DNA of 64,000 nucleotides, taken from NCBI GenBank assembly GCA_038087875.1, contig CM075988.1, positions 5,642,001 to 5,706,000 of the forward strand, written 5' to 3'. The position numbers and the translations under genes are program-made. Below the pieces are notes generated by a model. The model did not search any database and had not been told where the DNA came from. It saw nothing but the letters and a program-made list of their open reading frames with translations. The DNA comes from Malacoraja senta. Taxonomy: Eukaryota. Numbering within the stretch: position 1 is the stretch's first letter; every line of letters starts with the position of its first letter. Below, piece by piece: positions 10,991 to 25,084 of this stretch.

Positions 10991-12212
10991 CTATTTTTGG
11001 TTAACAAAACAAACAGCGCGGCGATCCCTCAGTCCCACCCCTCTCCTACAGTGACATAATCTTACGGGACGGTTGCTGGAGGGAAGTTTCACATGGCGGG
11101 AAGTGGGGATGCGGGATAAATTGTGCAGGGGTTATATGCAGGCAATGGAATGTAAATGAGCTGTTGGTGTTGACGGCTGAGATGGAGACAGGTTTGTGCT
11201 TGGAACCAATAAATGATGTCTCTTAGAGGGTACATAGGATGCAAGAGATCAGTAGGGGAACGGGATGATAGGACTACGCTCTGAACCAGCATAGACTGGA
11301 AGGGCCAGAATGGCCTCCATCAATATCATAAGGAAATTTGAGACGAGAAGGGATAAGTGAATTTGAGTTTATCTCACCGTTTGGCAGCAATAACATGAAT
11401 CGCTGGGACGGTATTGTACTGCCCTTTGCCAGAGATGTGATTAGCCGATTGATGAACGGTCCCGACACGGAACGTCACCTATCCATGTTCCCCAGAGATG
11501 CTGCCTGACCCGCTGAGTTACTCCAGCACTTTGTGTCCTTTCGACTTTTAAAAGCTGGCCCATGGACCTGAGTGGGAACATGCAAACTGATCATGACTTG
11601 CAGGGTGAAGCTGATGGCACAGTGTTAGCAGCAACTAGTTACCTCTCCAGCTGCACAGACTGCTTCACTTTGCAGAGCCAGAGTGAGAGGCAGCAGGAGG
11701 GGCAATGCCCAAGGCACTGTGCCCATGTGTGGTCAGCCTGCCAACCATCACATTCCACCCGGGCATGTAGACTGTGAACAGTCCAGTCTGGCTATGAAGC
11801 AAAAACAAGATCTGCTAAAGTACACAACAAAATTCCTTGAATACTAATTTGTAATTCCATTTCAGTCACTAATCCCATTGGAATGGAGAGACGAGTTGGA
11901 CCAATAGATAAACACGGTCATTTGGTCAATAATTCCATGTTGTTTACTGGTCAGAGTTTTTTCACCTCTTCCCGAATGGAAGGTGCTACTCGGGACACCT
12001 GCTCTTGGTTTGGGATGGTCTGGAGTTGGGCCTGGAAACCTGGGGCCACATTCATTGGTAGGGTGCGGCAGCAGCTCTGTAGCCGCACCTTTGTGTGCCC
12101 CGTGACAATGTTAGGGAAGGCAGGGGCTCATTGCAGGAGTACGTGCTGAGGGCACACTGAGGCTCGCAGCAGCCAACGCCAAGGCTCCGTGGGGGAGAAA
12201 CGCAGTCTGGTG

Positions 12213-13120
12213 TCATAGAGTCATGGAAACAGGCCCATCAGCCCAACCAACTTGCCCACGCCAACATGCCCCATCTACACTAGTCCCACCTGCCATAACC
12301 TGGTCCATAACCCTCTAAACCTGTCCTATCCATGTACCTGCCCAAATGTCTCTTAAATGTTATGATAGCACATGCCTCAACTACCTCCTCTGGCAGCTCG
12401 TTCCATATACCCAGCAACCATTGTGTAAAAAAGTTACCTCTCAGGTTCCTATTAACTCCCCCCCTCCCCCTCACATTAGCCCTATGCCTTCTGGTTCTTG
12501 ATTCCCGTACTCTGTGCAAAAGATTCTCTCATGATTTTGTACACCTCTATAAGATCACCCCCTCATCATCCTGCGCTGCAAGGAATAAAGTCCTAGCCTG
12601 CTCAACCTCTCCCTATAGCTCAGGCTTGAGGACCCACGAGCCCTGGTGACATCCTCGTAAATCTTCTCTGCACCCTTTCTAGCTTGAGAACCTCCTTCCT
12701 ATAACATGATGATCAAAACTGAACACAACACTCTAAATGTGGCCTCACCAATGTCTTATACAACTTTAACATGACCTCATAAGTTCTATACTCAGTACTC
12801 TGACCAATGAAGGCCAATGTTCCAAAACCCTTTTGGACCACCCTTTCTGGCTGTGACGCCTCTTTCACAGAACTATGTACCTGCACTCCTAGATCCCTCT
12901 GACTCTTCAGAGCCTTACCATTCACTGTGTAGGTCCTTGTCCCTGTTAGACATCCCAAAATGCTACACCTTGCATTTCCCTGCATCAAACTCCATTAACC
13001 GTTCCTCAGCCCACCTGCCCAACCAAGCAAGATCCTGCTGCATTTTTTGACAACCATCTTCACTGTCTACAATTCCGCTTACTTTAGTGTCATCTGCCAA
13101 TGTGCTCATCGTGCCTTTGT
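12213..13120 (-). mobile_element. Degenerate CR1-clade LINE 3' fragment
   Basis: Broken ORFs with ADDTKVSGIVDSE, RDLGVQVHSS, LYKTLVRPHLECCVQF and WNELPEEVVEA. Confidence 0.85.
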
Positions 13121-13954
13121 TGACTGAAATACTATTCGTTCCGCTGCTGGACATTGAGAGGCAGAGTACAGTGGGGACGCCCCTCAAACAAGGGAAGGGC
13201 TATCACCCCAGAGGGCCACATGAGTGGCAATGGTGCTATATATAAGGAAAGGTGCTAACTCGACCCAAAACGCTGGCAATATTGAATGCGTAGGCACCAA
13301 GAATGTGCAGATCCACCGACTAGTTTACGGCACCTTTGGTTCCAGATCCTTGCTGGATTATCCGTTTTGCCGGACCAACAGAGTTCAAGGCCTCCGCGAG
13401 GAGTCCAACAGTTCCGGAAGTGTCCACCTAGGCCGCCGAGGGGCCGAGGTACCGGCCCACAAAGTTGGCCTTGGACGTCGGCGATGGGAACAGATCTGCC
13501 GGCTCTGGCCAGGCCAGAGTTCCAGAGCCCCGGCCGCAGAGGGGCAAATTCAACCCACCGATCGGCGCGGAAGTCCTGATGAGATCGAGATGGCCCGCCT
13601 CACCTGACCCCGGCATCTCGGTTTCAGGGGGACCGCCGGGAAGGATTTCAATCGGATCTTGTAATTTTATCCGGATTAAAGGAGGTGCCAGACAACCAGT
13701 TGCAGGAACGCCGGTGGTGGACCTGTATTAAACGTTTTTGCATATTTTTGGGTTTGTACATCTTTTTTATTACATATAAAGTTTATTTTAAAAATAAAAG
13801 GAGGTCCCTAGATTTCCCCCTCCTTGCCTCCGCGTGGAGGTTGAGAGTTTGTGAGAATAGTGGGGTGACACAGCTGGGCTTTGTGAGGTCCATGGGAACA
13901 GAGACAGTTGACAGTGGGCAGCACAACACTTTCAGACGTATCCAGGGCAAGGGC

Positions 13955-14279
13955 TTTAGTTTAGTTTAGCTTAGTTTAGAGATACAGTGCAGAAACAGGC
14001 CCTTCGGCCCACCGGGTCCGCGCCGACCAACGATCCCCGCACATTAACACTATCCTACTCACACTAGGGACAATTTGTTTACATTCACCAAGCCAATTTA
14101 CCTACATACCTGTACGTCTTTGGAGTGTGGGAGGAAACCGAAGATCTCAGAGAAAACCCACAGGGTCTCGAAGGAGAACGTACAAACTCCATACAGATAG
14201 CAACTGTGGTCAGGATCGAACCCGGGTCTTCGGTGCTGCAAGCGCTCTAAGGCAACAACTCTACCGCTGCGCCACCATG
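13955..14279 (-). mobile_element. HE1/V-SINE-type tRNA-derived SINE, near full length (one of more than 20 full or partial copies in the window)
   Basis: A box TGGCGCAGCGG, B box GGTTCGATCC, V-SINE core GGAGTTTGTACGTTCTCC...GGTTTCCTCCCACACTCCAAAGAC, CR1-like tail GGGCCGAAGGGCCTGTTTC, and (TAAAC)n end. Confidence 0.85.
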
Positions 14280-17200
14280 ACGCTCTCCAGCAGGGAAAGG
14301 GAGAACAAGCTGGCAAAGTGTGAGGAGAGGCAGGACAAGTGTTTAGCAAATATTGCGGCACAGTGGCACAGCGCTAGAGTTCCTGCCTTGCAGCGCCAGA
14401 GACCCCAGTTCGATCCTGACCACGGGTGCTGTCTGTACGGAGTTTGCACGTTCTCCCTGTGACACTGTGTTGGATTTTCTCCAGGTGCCCCATTTCCTCG
14501 CACTCTCCAAAGACGTACAGGTTTGTAGGTTAAGAAATATAAATACACTGAACATTTTTTTGTCCAAAAAAAGGACAAATAAATAAACAAACAAACAGAC
14601 AAATAAATAAACCATAGTATCGCAAAGTGCATTTCCATTCTATTAACATTGTAAAACTTTTACTGATCGCAGTGTTTTAATGCTGGATTTAACCTAGGTT
14701 AATCAGCTTGGTAAATTGTAAATTGTCCCTAATGTGTGCAGGATTGTGTGAGTGTGCGAGAATTACTGATTGGCACAGACCCGGTGTGCCGCAGGGCATG
14801 TTTATAAGCTGTATCCCTAAACTAAACTAAACTTAACTAAACCAAATTAAATACATTCAGATTCCTGGAATCACTTCCTTTGGGTGTGAAAGCTACTAAG
14901 TGTGAGCGGGTTGGTGTAGAACTGTAAGCTGCCTGTGCCGCACACAGCATTGGGTGTGATGTTGATGCCCAGCCTCATTCTGTAGTGCACTCTTACTAAA
15001 ATAAAAAATCGGAGAGGGTTTGCCTTAGACACACATGGTTAAAATATGCTGCTGCTCTTTCCAAAGAAAACATGCAGTGGCTTTCCAGTCTCGTGATGTT
15101 TTTAAGTGTGGTGTGTTCCCTGGCTTTAATTTGGGCCCTATAGTGGTGCTTTGTGCAAAGGAATGTACTCCAGCCGAAAGAGCTAATTTCTCCCACTTCT
15201 GCTGACACTGTGGTTACTTTCACTTTTCTTTAAAAAGAAATAGCTTTTCGGCAGGTTTTGTTTTCCCTCCGCGGATCTCGATGAATTGGGACGGAATTGA
15301 GAAAGCCAACAAACTAAGGGAGAAAGTTTGAAGCAAACTCCTGAGGTGTTGAGAAGTTGAGTCTTTATCAGCGTGAGCCGGCTGCTCACAGGCAGACTTC
15401 AAAGTCAGTCAGGAGCAACTGATAGAAATTTATCACAATCACAATATCAAACTGTCTCCAAGTTTTGGTGGGATTTCCTTATTTTTGTTCAAACTCCTTC
15501 ACCCCATCAGCCTTAAAGGGATGATCGAGATTCATTGAGGTCCTGTCCCACTTTCGCGACCTTTACAGGCGACTTCCGGCACCCGTGATAGGTCGCCGAA
15601 ATTTTCAACATGTTGAAAATTCAGCGGCGACCAGAAAGATGGTACGACTCTTTGGAGACCTCTCATGACCATAGGAGACCTCTCACGACCATACAGCCTG
15701 GGGACTTTGCTTTAGAGATACAGTGTGGAAACAGGCCCTTCGGCCCACTGAGTCTGTGCCGACCAGCGATCACCCACACATGAGCACTTTCATTACACAC
15801 TGGGGCCAATACGCAGAAACCAATTAAACCTACAAACCTGTACATCTTTGTAGTGTGGGAGGAAATCAGAGCACCCGGAGTAACACCCGGAGTGTTCTCA
15901 GTCTCTCTCTGTACAAGTACATCCTTCAGTCCTCACAAACTCTCCCAAGTCATTGTAGAGCCAACTCTCTTTGTTCCCGTATTTCCTCAAAATTCCTAAA
16001 CTCTGGATCCTTCCGTCTTTGCTTCTAATCACCACTTGCACATGGATCCACTCTGATGCCTCTTTATCTGAAGCAGGAGTGTTCCTGAAACTACTCCAGA
16101 AAGCACATTAGACTTTGTAAGCTAAATATAGGATTCTGCATTCGATTCAGTTCGGGGTGTTTTTTTTAGGTTTTATAGATTTTTGGCGAAATTGGATATT
16201 TTGAAAGCCAAGAGACGCATCCAACATTTGGCTGTTATAATGCATAAGAGTTCAGAAACCAAGAGCAAGAGCAATAAAACGCTCTTCATGTTACTCCTGT
16301 CAACATTTATAGCAGCCCCCACAGTCCCCAGTATTACATCACTGACCTGCACATCTCCTGGATAAATGGAAGGTCAACGAACATTGAGTTTGAACATTCT
16401 CCCTGTGATCGCGTGGTTTCTCCGGCTGCTCCAGTTTCCTCCCACATTCCAAAGACGTGCAGATTTGTAGGATAATTGGCTTCTGTAAATTGTCCCTAGT
16501 GTGTAGGATAGAACTACTGTATGGGGTGACCGCTGGTCAGCGCAGTCTTGGTGGGCAGAAGGGCCTGCTTTCGTGCAGTTTCTCTAAAGTCTAACGTGAA
16601 GTCTAACAAGTACAGAGTTTAGTGCTAGTGCATGGGTGATCGCTGGTTGGCACAGGCTCGCTGGGCCAAAGGATCTGTTTCCACGCTGTATCTCGAAAGT
16701 AAGTTAGACTAAACTAAGCATTCTGAGACTTCTTGCCACTTTCTGCCTGTCACAGCCTCTGAGAGTTTGTCACAGAATTTGTGTGGCAAGGACAAGTCAC
16801 ATGTATATTCTGCTCTCTGGGTACAGAACTTCATTGGAGAAATGGTCGTGCATCTCTCCTGATACCACAGAGAGGATTCATCCCAGATTCAATGCTGCAG
16901 ATATTGAGTTGGGACTCGGATCTACAGAAGAAGGTTATGCGGCCCTCAGAGTCGACGACCAAAAGACCCATCCAAATCTCTGACATTGGCTTATTAAATT
17001 AATAGAGTCATAGATTGATACAGCATGGAACTGAACACAATACTCTAAATGTGGCCTCTGCAACATGACCTCCAAGCTTCTATGCTCAATACTCTGATGA
17101 AGGCCAATATGCCAAAAACCTTTTTGACCACCCTATCTACCTGCGACTACACCTTCAAGGAACCATGCACCTGCACTCCTAGATCACTCTGCTCTACAGG

Positions 17201-20200
17201 TTTGGAGGGGTATGGGCCAAGTGTAGGCAGGTGGGACTAGTGTAGATGGGACATGTTGACCAGCGTGGGCAAGTTGGGTCGAAGGGCCTGTTTCCACGCT
17301 GTATCACTCTATGACTCTATGAAACGTGGGTGTAGCCAGCAACATAAGCCAAGGAGAGTTCTCATTTATCACCCGTGTTAAAGTTATCTCGTTAGGTTGG
17401 CGGTCAGCAGCTTCTCAGTTAGTCTAAATATCACAAGTGGAAACAAAAGACTGTTTGTTCACCTCTCGGGAAAATGACTCATTGCTGCAACTCCCAAATT
17501 CACTCCAATACCACGGATTCGGAAAATAATCACCACCCCCCCCTCCCCAACCCACACACACGCATCCCAGTATCTCTGCTTGTGTCCCCTCCTTCGTATA
17601 ATAGAAACATAGACAATAGGTGCAGGAGTAGGCCATTCGGCCCTTCGAGCCAGAACCGCCATTCAATGTGATCATGGCTGATTATCCAAAATCAGTACCC
17701 CGTTCCTGCTATCTCCCCATTTCCCTTGATTCCTTTAGCCCTAAGAGCTCTATCTAACTCCCTCTTGAAAACATCCAGTGAATTGGCCTCCACTGCCTTC
17801 TGTAGCAGAGAATTCCACAGATTCACAACTCTCTGGGTGAAATGGTTTTTCCTCATCTCAGTCCTAAATGGCCTGAGATGTAACCCCTGTAACTGTAACC
17901 CCTGTAACCCCTGGTTCTAGACTCCCCCAACATCGGGAACATTTTTCCTGCATTGCACCTAATCATCTTCCATCTCCAGACCACCATTTCCCTTTTATTC
18001 CCCCCCTTTTTATCCCCTCTCCCCCATCTCCTTCCACCTGCATCCCTCCCTCCCTCAGGCTTTACATTTCACTTCTCTTCTCTCCATATCTGACACCCTT
18101 TTCACCTCTAGTCTTTGTCATTTATTCGACCCAATTTGCCAACCCTGTCACCTGTATCCACCTATCACTTGCCAGGTTTTGGCCTCCCGCCCCCAGCTTT
18201 CTCCCCGCTGCTCCAATCAGTCTAAAGACATCGCCTATCTATGTTCTCCACAGTTGCTGCCTGACCCGTCAAGTTACTTCAGCACTTTTCTGTCTTCTGC
18301 TCAAGTTTACAGCATCTGCAGTCCCGAAATGCAATCCGTCCATTTCGTGGACCAGGTGAGTTCCTCCGGCACTTTGACTTTTGCCCAGGATTCCAGCGTC
18401 TGCAGTTCATTGTGTCTCTGTCCACACTGGGCTGCCGGTCCATCCACCAACTCAGTCAATGGTGGAGTGCCTTCAAGCACCTTACAGCTACAGAGAAGTA
18501 GATGCAAGTCACACAAGGCAATTACAGAACCCCCGAAAGAAAATCTTGGTCCAGCTGAGAGTAGATGATCACTGTTGAATCTTGAAGGAAGAGACCAGAC
18601 CTCATTTTAAACTGCATCTGTGGCAATGGTCGACTCAGTACCTGCCCTAGAGGTGGAGCACGTTTCATTCTCTGGGAATGGCAACGTTTGATTCTTCCTG
18701 GCCTTTCGGTGGCAGCAGAGGCTGAGATCAGATGAAATGTGTAGGAAGGATCTGCAGATGCTAATTTAAACCGAAGATAGACACAAAAAGCTGGAGTAAC
18801 TCAGCGGGACAGGCAGCATCTCTGGAGAGAAGGAATGGGTGATGTTTTGGGTCGAGACCCTTCTTCAGACTGTTTTTTTTTAGTCTATCTGAGATCAGGT
18901 GTTCTGTGGAGGAACCAGAGAGCAGTGCTGAACCTCTCAGGTGACCCTCAGACTATCCTTGATCAGACTTTGCTGGCTTTACCTTGCACTAAAGGTTATT
19001 CATTATCATGTGTCTATATACTGTAAATGGCTCGATTGTAATCATGTATTGTCTTTCTGCTGACTGCATAGCACACAACAAAAGCTTTTCACTGTACCTC
19101 AGTACATGTGACAATAAACTCAGCTGTACTGTTAGCCTGAGCGGTGAACAGTGGATGTTAACAGTGGATGTTCTTTAGGGGAAAATGTCCCAACCTATCC
19201 AACCCCTTGTCATAATTCATAGCGTCCAATCCGTTAGAATCCTTTTCTGCGCCCTTTCCAACATAATGACATCCAAAGAATGGGTCGACGGCTTGTAATC
19301 ACTGGAATTTAGGACGAGAGGGGATCTTATAGAAACATATTAAATTCTTCTGGTGATTGGACAGGCTAGATGCAGGAAAAATGTTCCCGATGTTGGGGGA
19401 GTCCAGAACCTGGGGTCACAGTTTAAGAATAAGGGGTAGGCCACATAGGACTGAGATGAGGAAAACCTTTTTCACCCAGAGAGTTGTGAATCTGTGGAAT
19501 TCTCTGCCACAGAAGGCAGTGGAGGCCTATTCACTGGATGTTTTCAAGAGAGAGTTAGATTTAGCTCTTAGAGCTAACAGAATCAAGGGATATGGGGGAT
19601 AAAGCAGGAACGGGGTACTGATTCTGGATGATCAGCCATGATCATATTGAATGGTGGTGCTGCCTCGAAGGGCCGAATGGCCTACGCCTGCACCTATTTT
19701 CTATGTTTCTAGGTTTCTCTATTTCTATCCTGGGCAACCAGAACTATACACAGTACTCCATGTGCAGCCTACCAATGACTTGTACAATTCAACAAGATAT
19801 CTCATCTTCAGTCTGAGAGTCAGGGGAAAACGAAATGAGAGATACGGATTGTGATATAGAGATATATGGAAAAAAAGAATGAAATATATGCATAACTTTC
19901 ATTAGTTCAATTGTTCTGTACCTCTCTATGTCACCGTATATATCTCTCGTTTCCCTTTCCCCCTGACTCTCAGTCTGAAGAAGGGTCTTGAACCAAAACG
20001 TCACCTAATCCTTTCCTCCAGAGATGCTGTCTGACCCGCTGAGTTACTCCAGGTTTTTCTGTCTATCTTTGGTTTAAACCACCATCTACAGTTCCTTCCC
20101 ACACATGACATCCCATCTCCTGTACTCAGTGCCCAGCCCAGTGAACACAAGCATGCTAAATGCCTACTTCACCACCATGTCTACCTCTGTTTCCATTTTC

Positions 20201-20726
20201 ACGGAGAAGTGTATGAGTGCTCTAAGATTTCTCTGTTCTACGACATTTCCCAGGGCCCTGGCATCAGCTGTGTAAGTCCTGCCCAGGTTTAACTTTCCAA
20301 ATTCAACTGTTCACACTTGCCTGAGTTAAATTCAATACGCCATTCCTTGGCCCGCATCTGGATCCTGTTTTAATCCCAGATAATCTTCTCAACGTCCACC
20401 ACACTATCAAGTTTGTACAATCTTGTACAAGATTTCTGAATCAAATCTGGCAACTATCACATCACGGTGATATCAGTGAACACCAGATCTTCCTGCTCCA
20501 AACCTCACAGCATCCCATTTGATTTAGTTTTGTTTAGTTTAGTTTATGGATACAGCACGGAAACAGGCCCTTCGGCCCATCAAGTCCATGCCGACCAGCG
20601 ATCCCTGCACGCTTACACTATCCAACACCCACTAGGGACAATATACATTTACACCAAGCCAATTAACCTACAAACCTGTAGGTCTTTGGAATGTGGGAGG
20701 AAAGCGAAGATCCCGGAGAAAAGCCA

Positions 20727-23191
20727 AACAGGTTTTATTCAGAAGCGGTATTCATATTACAATCTAAGAAGATTATTTAATATAATATATTCAAAGAGAA
20801 ATATTAATGAAGATCTAGCAATAATCTCACTCGATGCTGAAAAAGCTTTTGATCAGGTGGAATGGCCCAATTTATTTTCGGTGATGGAAAAATTGCAGCT
20901 GGGCGAGAAATTTTGTGCATGGATAAAACTGTTATATACAAACCCTACGGCTAGAATATTAACAAACCAAAGGTTATCATCTAAATTTAACCTATCTATA
21001 GGTTGTAGACAAGGATGCCCGTTGTCTCCATTATTATTTGCGCTTGTTATAGAGCCACTCGCAGAAAGAGTCAGGACCCATCCGGAAATATATGGGTATA
21101 ACACAAAGGATACAGTGAATAAAATTTCTTTATACGCAGATGATGTATTCATTTACATTACAAAACCAGAAATTAGTATTCCAAATTTATTAAAGCTAAT
21201 AACCCAATTTGGTTCACTCTCAGGATACAGAATAAATTGGAATAAAAGTGAAATTATGCCAATAAGGGAACATAATAAACATATAATACAACAATTTCCA
21301 TTTAAAATAGTAAATGAAAAATTTAAATACCTAGGCATTTATGTTACTAAGACATATACATCATTATTTAAAGCAAACTTTCCCCCATTACTGAATAAAC
21401 TACATAAGAATATTCAGTATTGGAAAACACTTCCTATTTCAATGGTTGGCAAAATTAATGCCATAAAAATGATTTTCTTACCGCAAATATTATACCTTTT
21501 TCAAACAATTCCGATATATTTGTCAAAAAACTGTTTTAAAAAGTTAGATTCCATTGTCAGTGACTTTATCTGGGATTATAAGAATCATAGGATAAGCAAA
21601 AAACATCTGTGCAAATCAAAAATAAATGGAGGTTTGGTTTTACCAAACTTTTTGTTTTATTTTTGGGCAGTTAACATTAAAAATATGAATTTTTGGTTGG
21701 AAGAAATAGATCAACAACCAGATTGGTTAAAAATGGAAAAGGAAGATTGCTCACCTTTTGAAATCGGCTCGATACTATTTGCTACTTCTAAATTAAATTA
21801 AAAAATTTATAGGGAAATTCCTATAATATATAGTACTATGCGAATTTGGAAACAATTAAAAAAGACATTAAAACTAGATAATTTATCACTTTTTCTTCCA
21901 ATTACGAATAACCCTTTGTTTAAGCCCTCATGGTTGGACAAAGGTTTCACACAATGGAAAAACTATGGAATTAAAAAGATGGGACAACTTTATAAGGAAG
22001 GCACTTTTCTTTCATTTCAGGAGTTGCAACAGATTTATGGACTTCAAGTAAATGATTTTTTCAGATATCTCCAACTTAGAGATTACGTAAAAGCAAATAC
22101 TCGAAATTTTAGAATTAGAAATTCATAAATTTTTGACGACTGTTGGAATAAACATCCTAATACAGAAAAACTAATATCTTATATATATAATATTTTATTA
22201 GACAGTGAGATTCCATTGACGGACTTACACAGACAAACTTGGGAAAAAGAACTAAATCAAATAATAACGAAAGATACTTGGGAAGAAATTTTACAACACA
22301 TACATCAATGTTCATTAAATGCCAGACATTCTCTAATACAATTCAAAGTAATACATAGGTTACATTATTCTAAAACAAAATTAAATAAAATCTTCCCACA
22401 TATCTCACCAATATGTGATAAATGTCAACATTTAGAAGCTAACTTATCTCATAAGTTTGCAAATTGCATAAGAATTAAAAATTTCTGGGTAAATATTTTC
22501 ACAATAATATCTAAAGTGGCTAGCATTCAATTGGACCCGGATCCAAAATTAATAATACTTGGAACATTAGAACTAAATCAAACATTTACATCAACTCAAA
22601 GAAACTTTATTGATTATAGTATAATAACTGGGAAAAAATTAATTCTAAAATTTTGGAAAGGCCCTATAACCCCCACAATTAAAATGTGGATTATAGAAAT
22701 GACGGAGACCTTACACTTGGAAAGAATTAGACTTGTCCTGTTGGACAAACAGGAACTATTCGTCGGAACATGGTCTCCCTTTATTGACTATTTAAAGGGT
22801 CAGAATGGTTCAGCACAGGAACCTGACTAACACCCGTGCCAAGGAATAGATGAAATGTTATACTCTGAAATGTACGAATATATCTCGAATGAAGTTTTTT
22901 ATCGTAGTAAATTATTCCATTCTTCTTTATTATCTTTTTTTGTTGTTGTTTTTTTTGGGGGGGGGGTTTGGTTTTTTTTTTTTTTTTTTTTTTCTTCTCT
23001 TTTTTCTCTTTCTTTCTTTATTTCATCTATATCTTTTTAGTTCTATTTAGTTTTTAAATTTTTTTTTAAAAGTATTGGAGACATTGTAATAATAATGGAC
23101 GATATTAGTAATTTAAAAATGTAAGACTGGTATCGATTTTAATATGATATGTATCTACCTCCAATAAAAAATAATTTCAAAAAAAAAAAAA
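20727..23191 (+). mobile_element. L1-clade LINE, 5'-truncated ORF2 (RT plus C-terminal CCHC), T-rich 3' UTR and poly(A); inserted in a SINE
   Basis: One reading frame with SLDAEKAFD, GCRQGCPLSPLLF, LYADD and CDKC-x8-H-x4-C, broken only by two TAA stops (21799, 22126). AATAAA at 23163, then poly(A). TSD AAAAGCCA at 20719-20726 / 23192-23199. SINE halves on both sides. Confidence 0.92.
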
Positions 23192-24417
23192 AAAAGCCAT
23201 GCAGGTCACAGGGAGAACGTACAAACTCCGTACAGACAACACCCATAGTCAGGATTGAACCCGGGTCTCTGGCGCCATAAGGCAGCAACTCTACAATTGC
23301 GCCACCGTGCCGCCCCTAGTTTAATTTAGAGCTGAGCGATACAGCGTGGAAACAGCCCCTTCAGCCCACAGAGTCCATGCCGATCATCGATCACCCGTTC
23401 TATGTTATCCCACTTTCGCATCCTACGTACTAGGGACAATGTACAGTTTTATCGAAGCCAATTAACCCTACAATCCTGCATGTCTTTGGAGTGTGTGAGG
23501 AAACCAGAGCACGTGGAGTAAACCCATGTTGTCACAGGAAGAATGTACAAATTCTGTACAGACAGCACCCGTAGTCAGGTCTCTGGCATCGTGAGGCAGC
23601 AACTCTACTGCTGTGCCGCCGTTATATCCTTGAAGGTTGGTCTCCACTGGTGCTGGGCATTGAAGACTCTCAGCGTGGGTTGACTTGGCACCCTTGTACT
23701 CCATCCAAGTGATGCTAAACATGGAGGAGCCCTGAGGAAGGGGAACGCAGAGGAAGTGTTAATATTTGACCTGATTATGGGGGGTTTGAAACCCATGTTG
23801 GCAACTTCCAGGGCCATTTCTTCCTGCTATATATAAATGTGTTGCCACCTAGAGTTATAAAGTCATACAGTGTGGAAACAGACCCTTCAAACCAACTTGC
23901 CCACACCGACCAACCTGCCCCACTTACACTACACCCACCTACCTGCATTTGGCCCATATCTCTCTGAACATATCCTATTCATATACCTGTCTAAATGTTT
24001 GTTGAAAGTTGTAATAGTACCTACCTCAACTACCTCCTCTGGCAGCTTGTTCCATACACCCACTACCCTTTGTGGAAAAAACGTGCCCTTCAGGTTCCTA
24101 TTAGATCTTTTCCTCCTCACGTAGAGCCTACGTCCTCTGGTTCTTGACTCCCCTACACTGGGCAAAAGACTCTGTGCATTTACCTGCTCTATTCCCCTCA
24201 TGATCTCTGGCGAGTCTTTCTTGCAGCGGGGATAAGACCCACTTGGGACTGATCAGAGTTTGAGTAAGGTGTGAGTTACCGTGTCAGGCTGCAGCTGGTC
24301 TTGTCTGTGGGCGGCCCACGTGATTTAGGCACCTTCCCAAGCGTTTGAAGGGACATTATTCAAGGGCAGAGAAATAGGGTTGAGAGAGAAAAATAGATCT
24401 GCCATGAAGCGGCCAAT

Positions 24418-24735
24418 TCGGAAACTCCAAGCCGCAGAGTGTGTTCCGACCCGTTCCAACGCCGGAGTTTCCATCATCCCGGCGAGAGGGCCTGTACATC
24501 TGGGCCGTCCGTAGCGGCGACTGCGGAGGGTTCTAGGCCCCGACCACGGGTGAACAAAGAGGAAGATGACTGAACTTTATTGCCTTCCATCACAGCGAGA
24601 AACATTGATTCCACTGTGGTGGATGTTTATGTTAAATCCAATTGTGTTCTTTTTATTCGAATGGCTGTATGGTGACACAAATCTCACTGTACCAAGTGGT
24701 GCACGTGACATTAATGTGAACTTGAACTTGACTTG
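24418..24735 (+). mobile_element. Unclassified non-LTR/SINE-like 3' fragment; second copy at ~27540-27755
   Basis: Both copies share GCCCCGACCACGGGTGAACAA...GACTGAACTTT.TTGCCTTCCA and a (GA/C)ACTT tandem tail. Confidence 0.5.
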
Positions 24736-25084
24736 ATTGAATGGCGGAGTAGAATTGATGGGCCGAACGGCCGACTTCTGCTCCTAGAACTTATGAAGCG
24801 ATTTTGTCATCACGAGAGGACATTGCTCAACTGGGGAAGGAATTATCTGCTACTATTAGATGAGCAATGGAAATTCCAACTGGTGTAGTTTGTGCATCAG
24901 CATGTAATTACTTCCCTGCTAGTATTGTGTACGCATCAACTTGTTTGAAATAAATAAGATACCATCTATCCAAAATTCACTGACCACAGGGTTGTAGAAT
25001 GATGATGGTAATTGTACAGAAGTTTCTGACTCAACAAATTCCTACCGCCACTGGTACTGCTTTCATAACGGGGAATCTGTGAGA

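Noticed and set aside
20467..20726. N-terminus of the 444-aa ORF as part of the RT protein
   Set aside because: It derives from flanking and SINE sequence upstream of the L1 truncation point.
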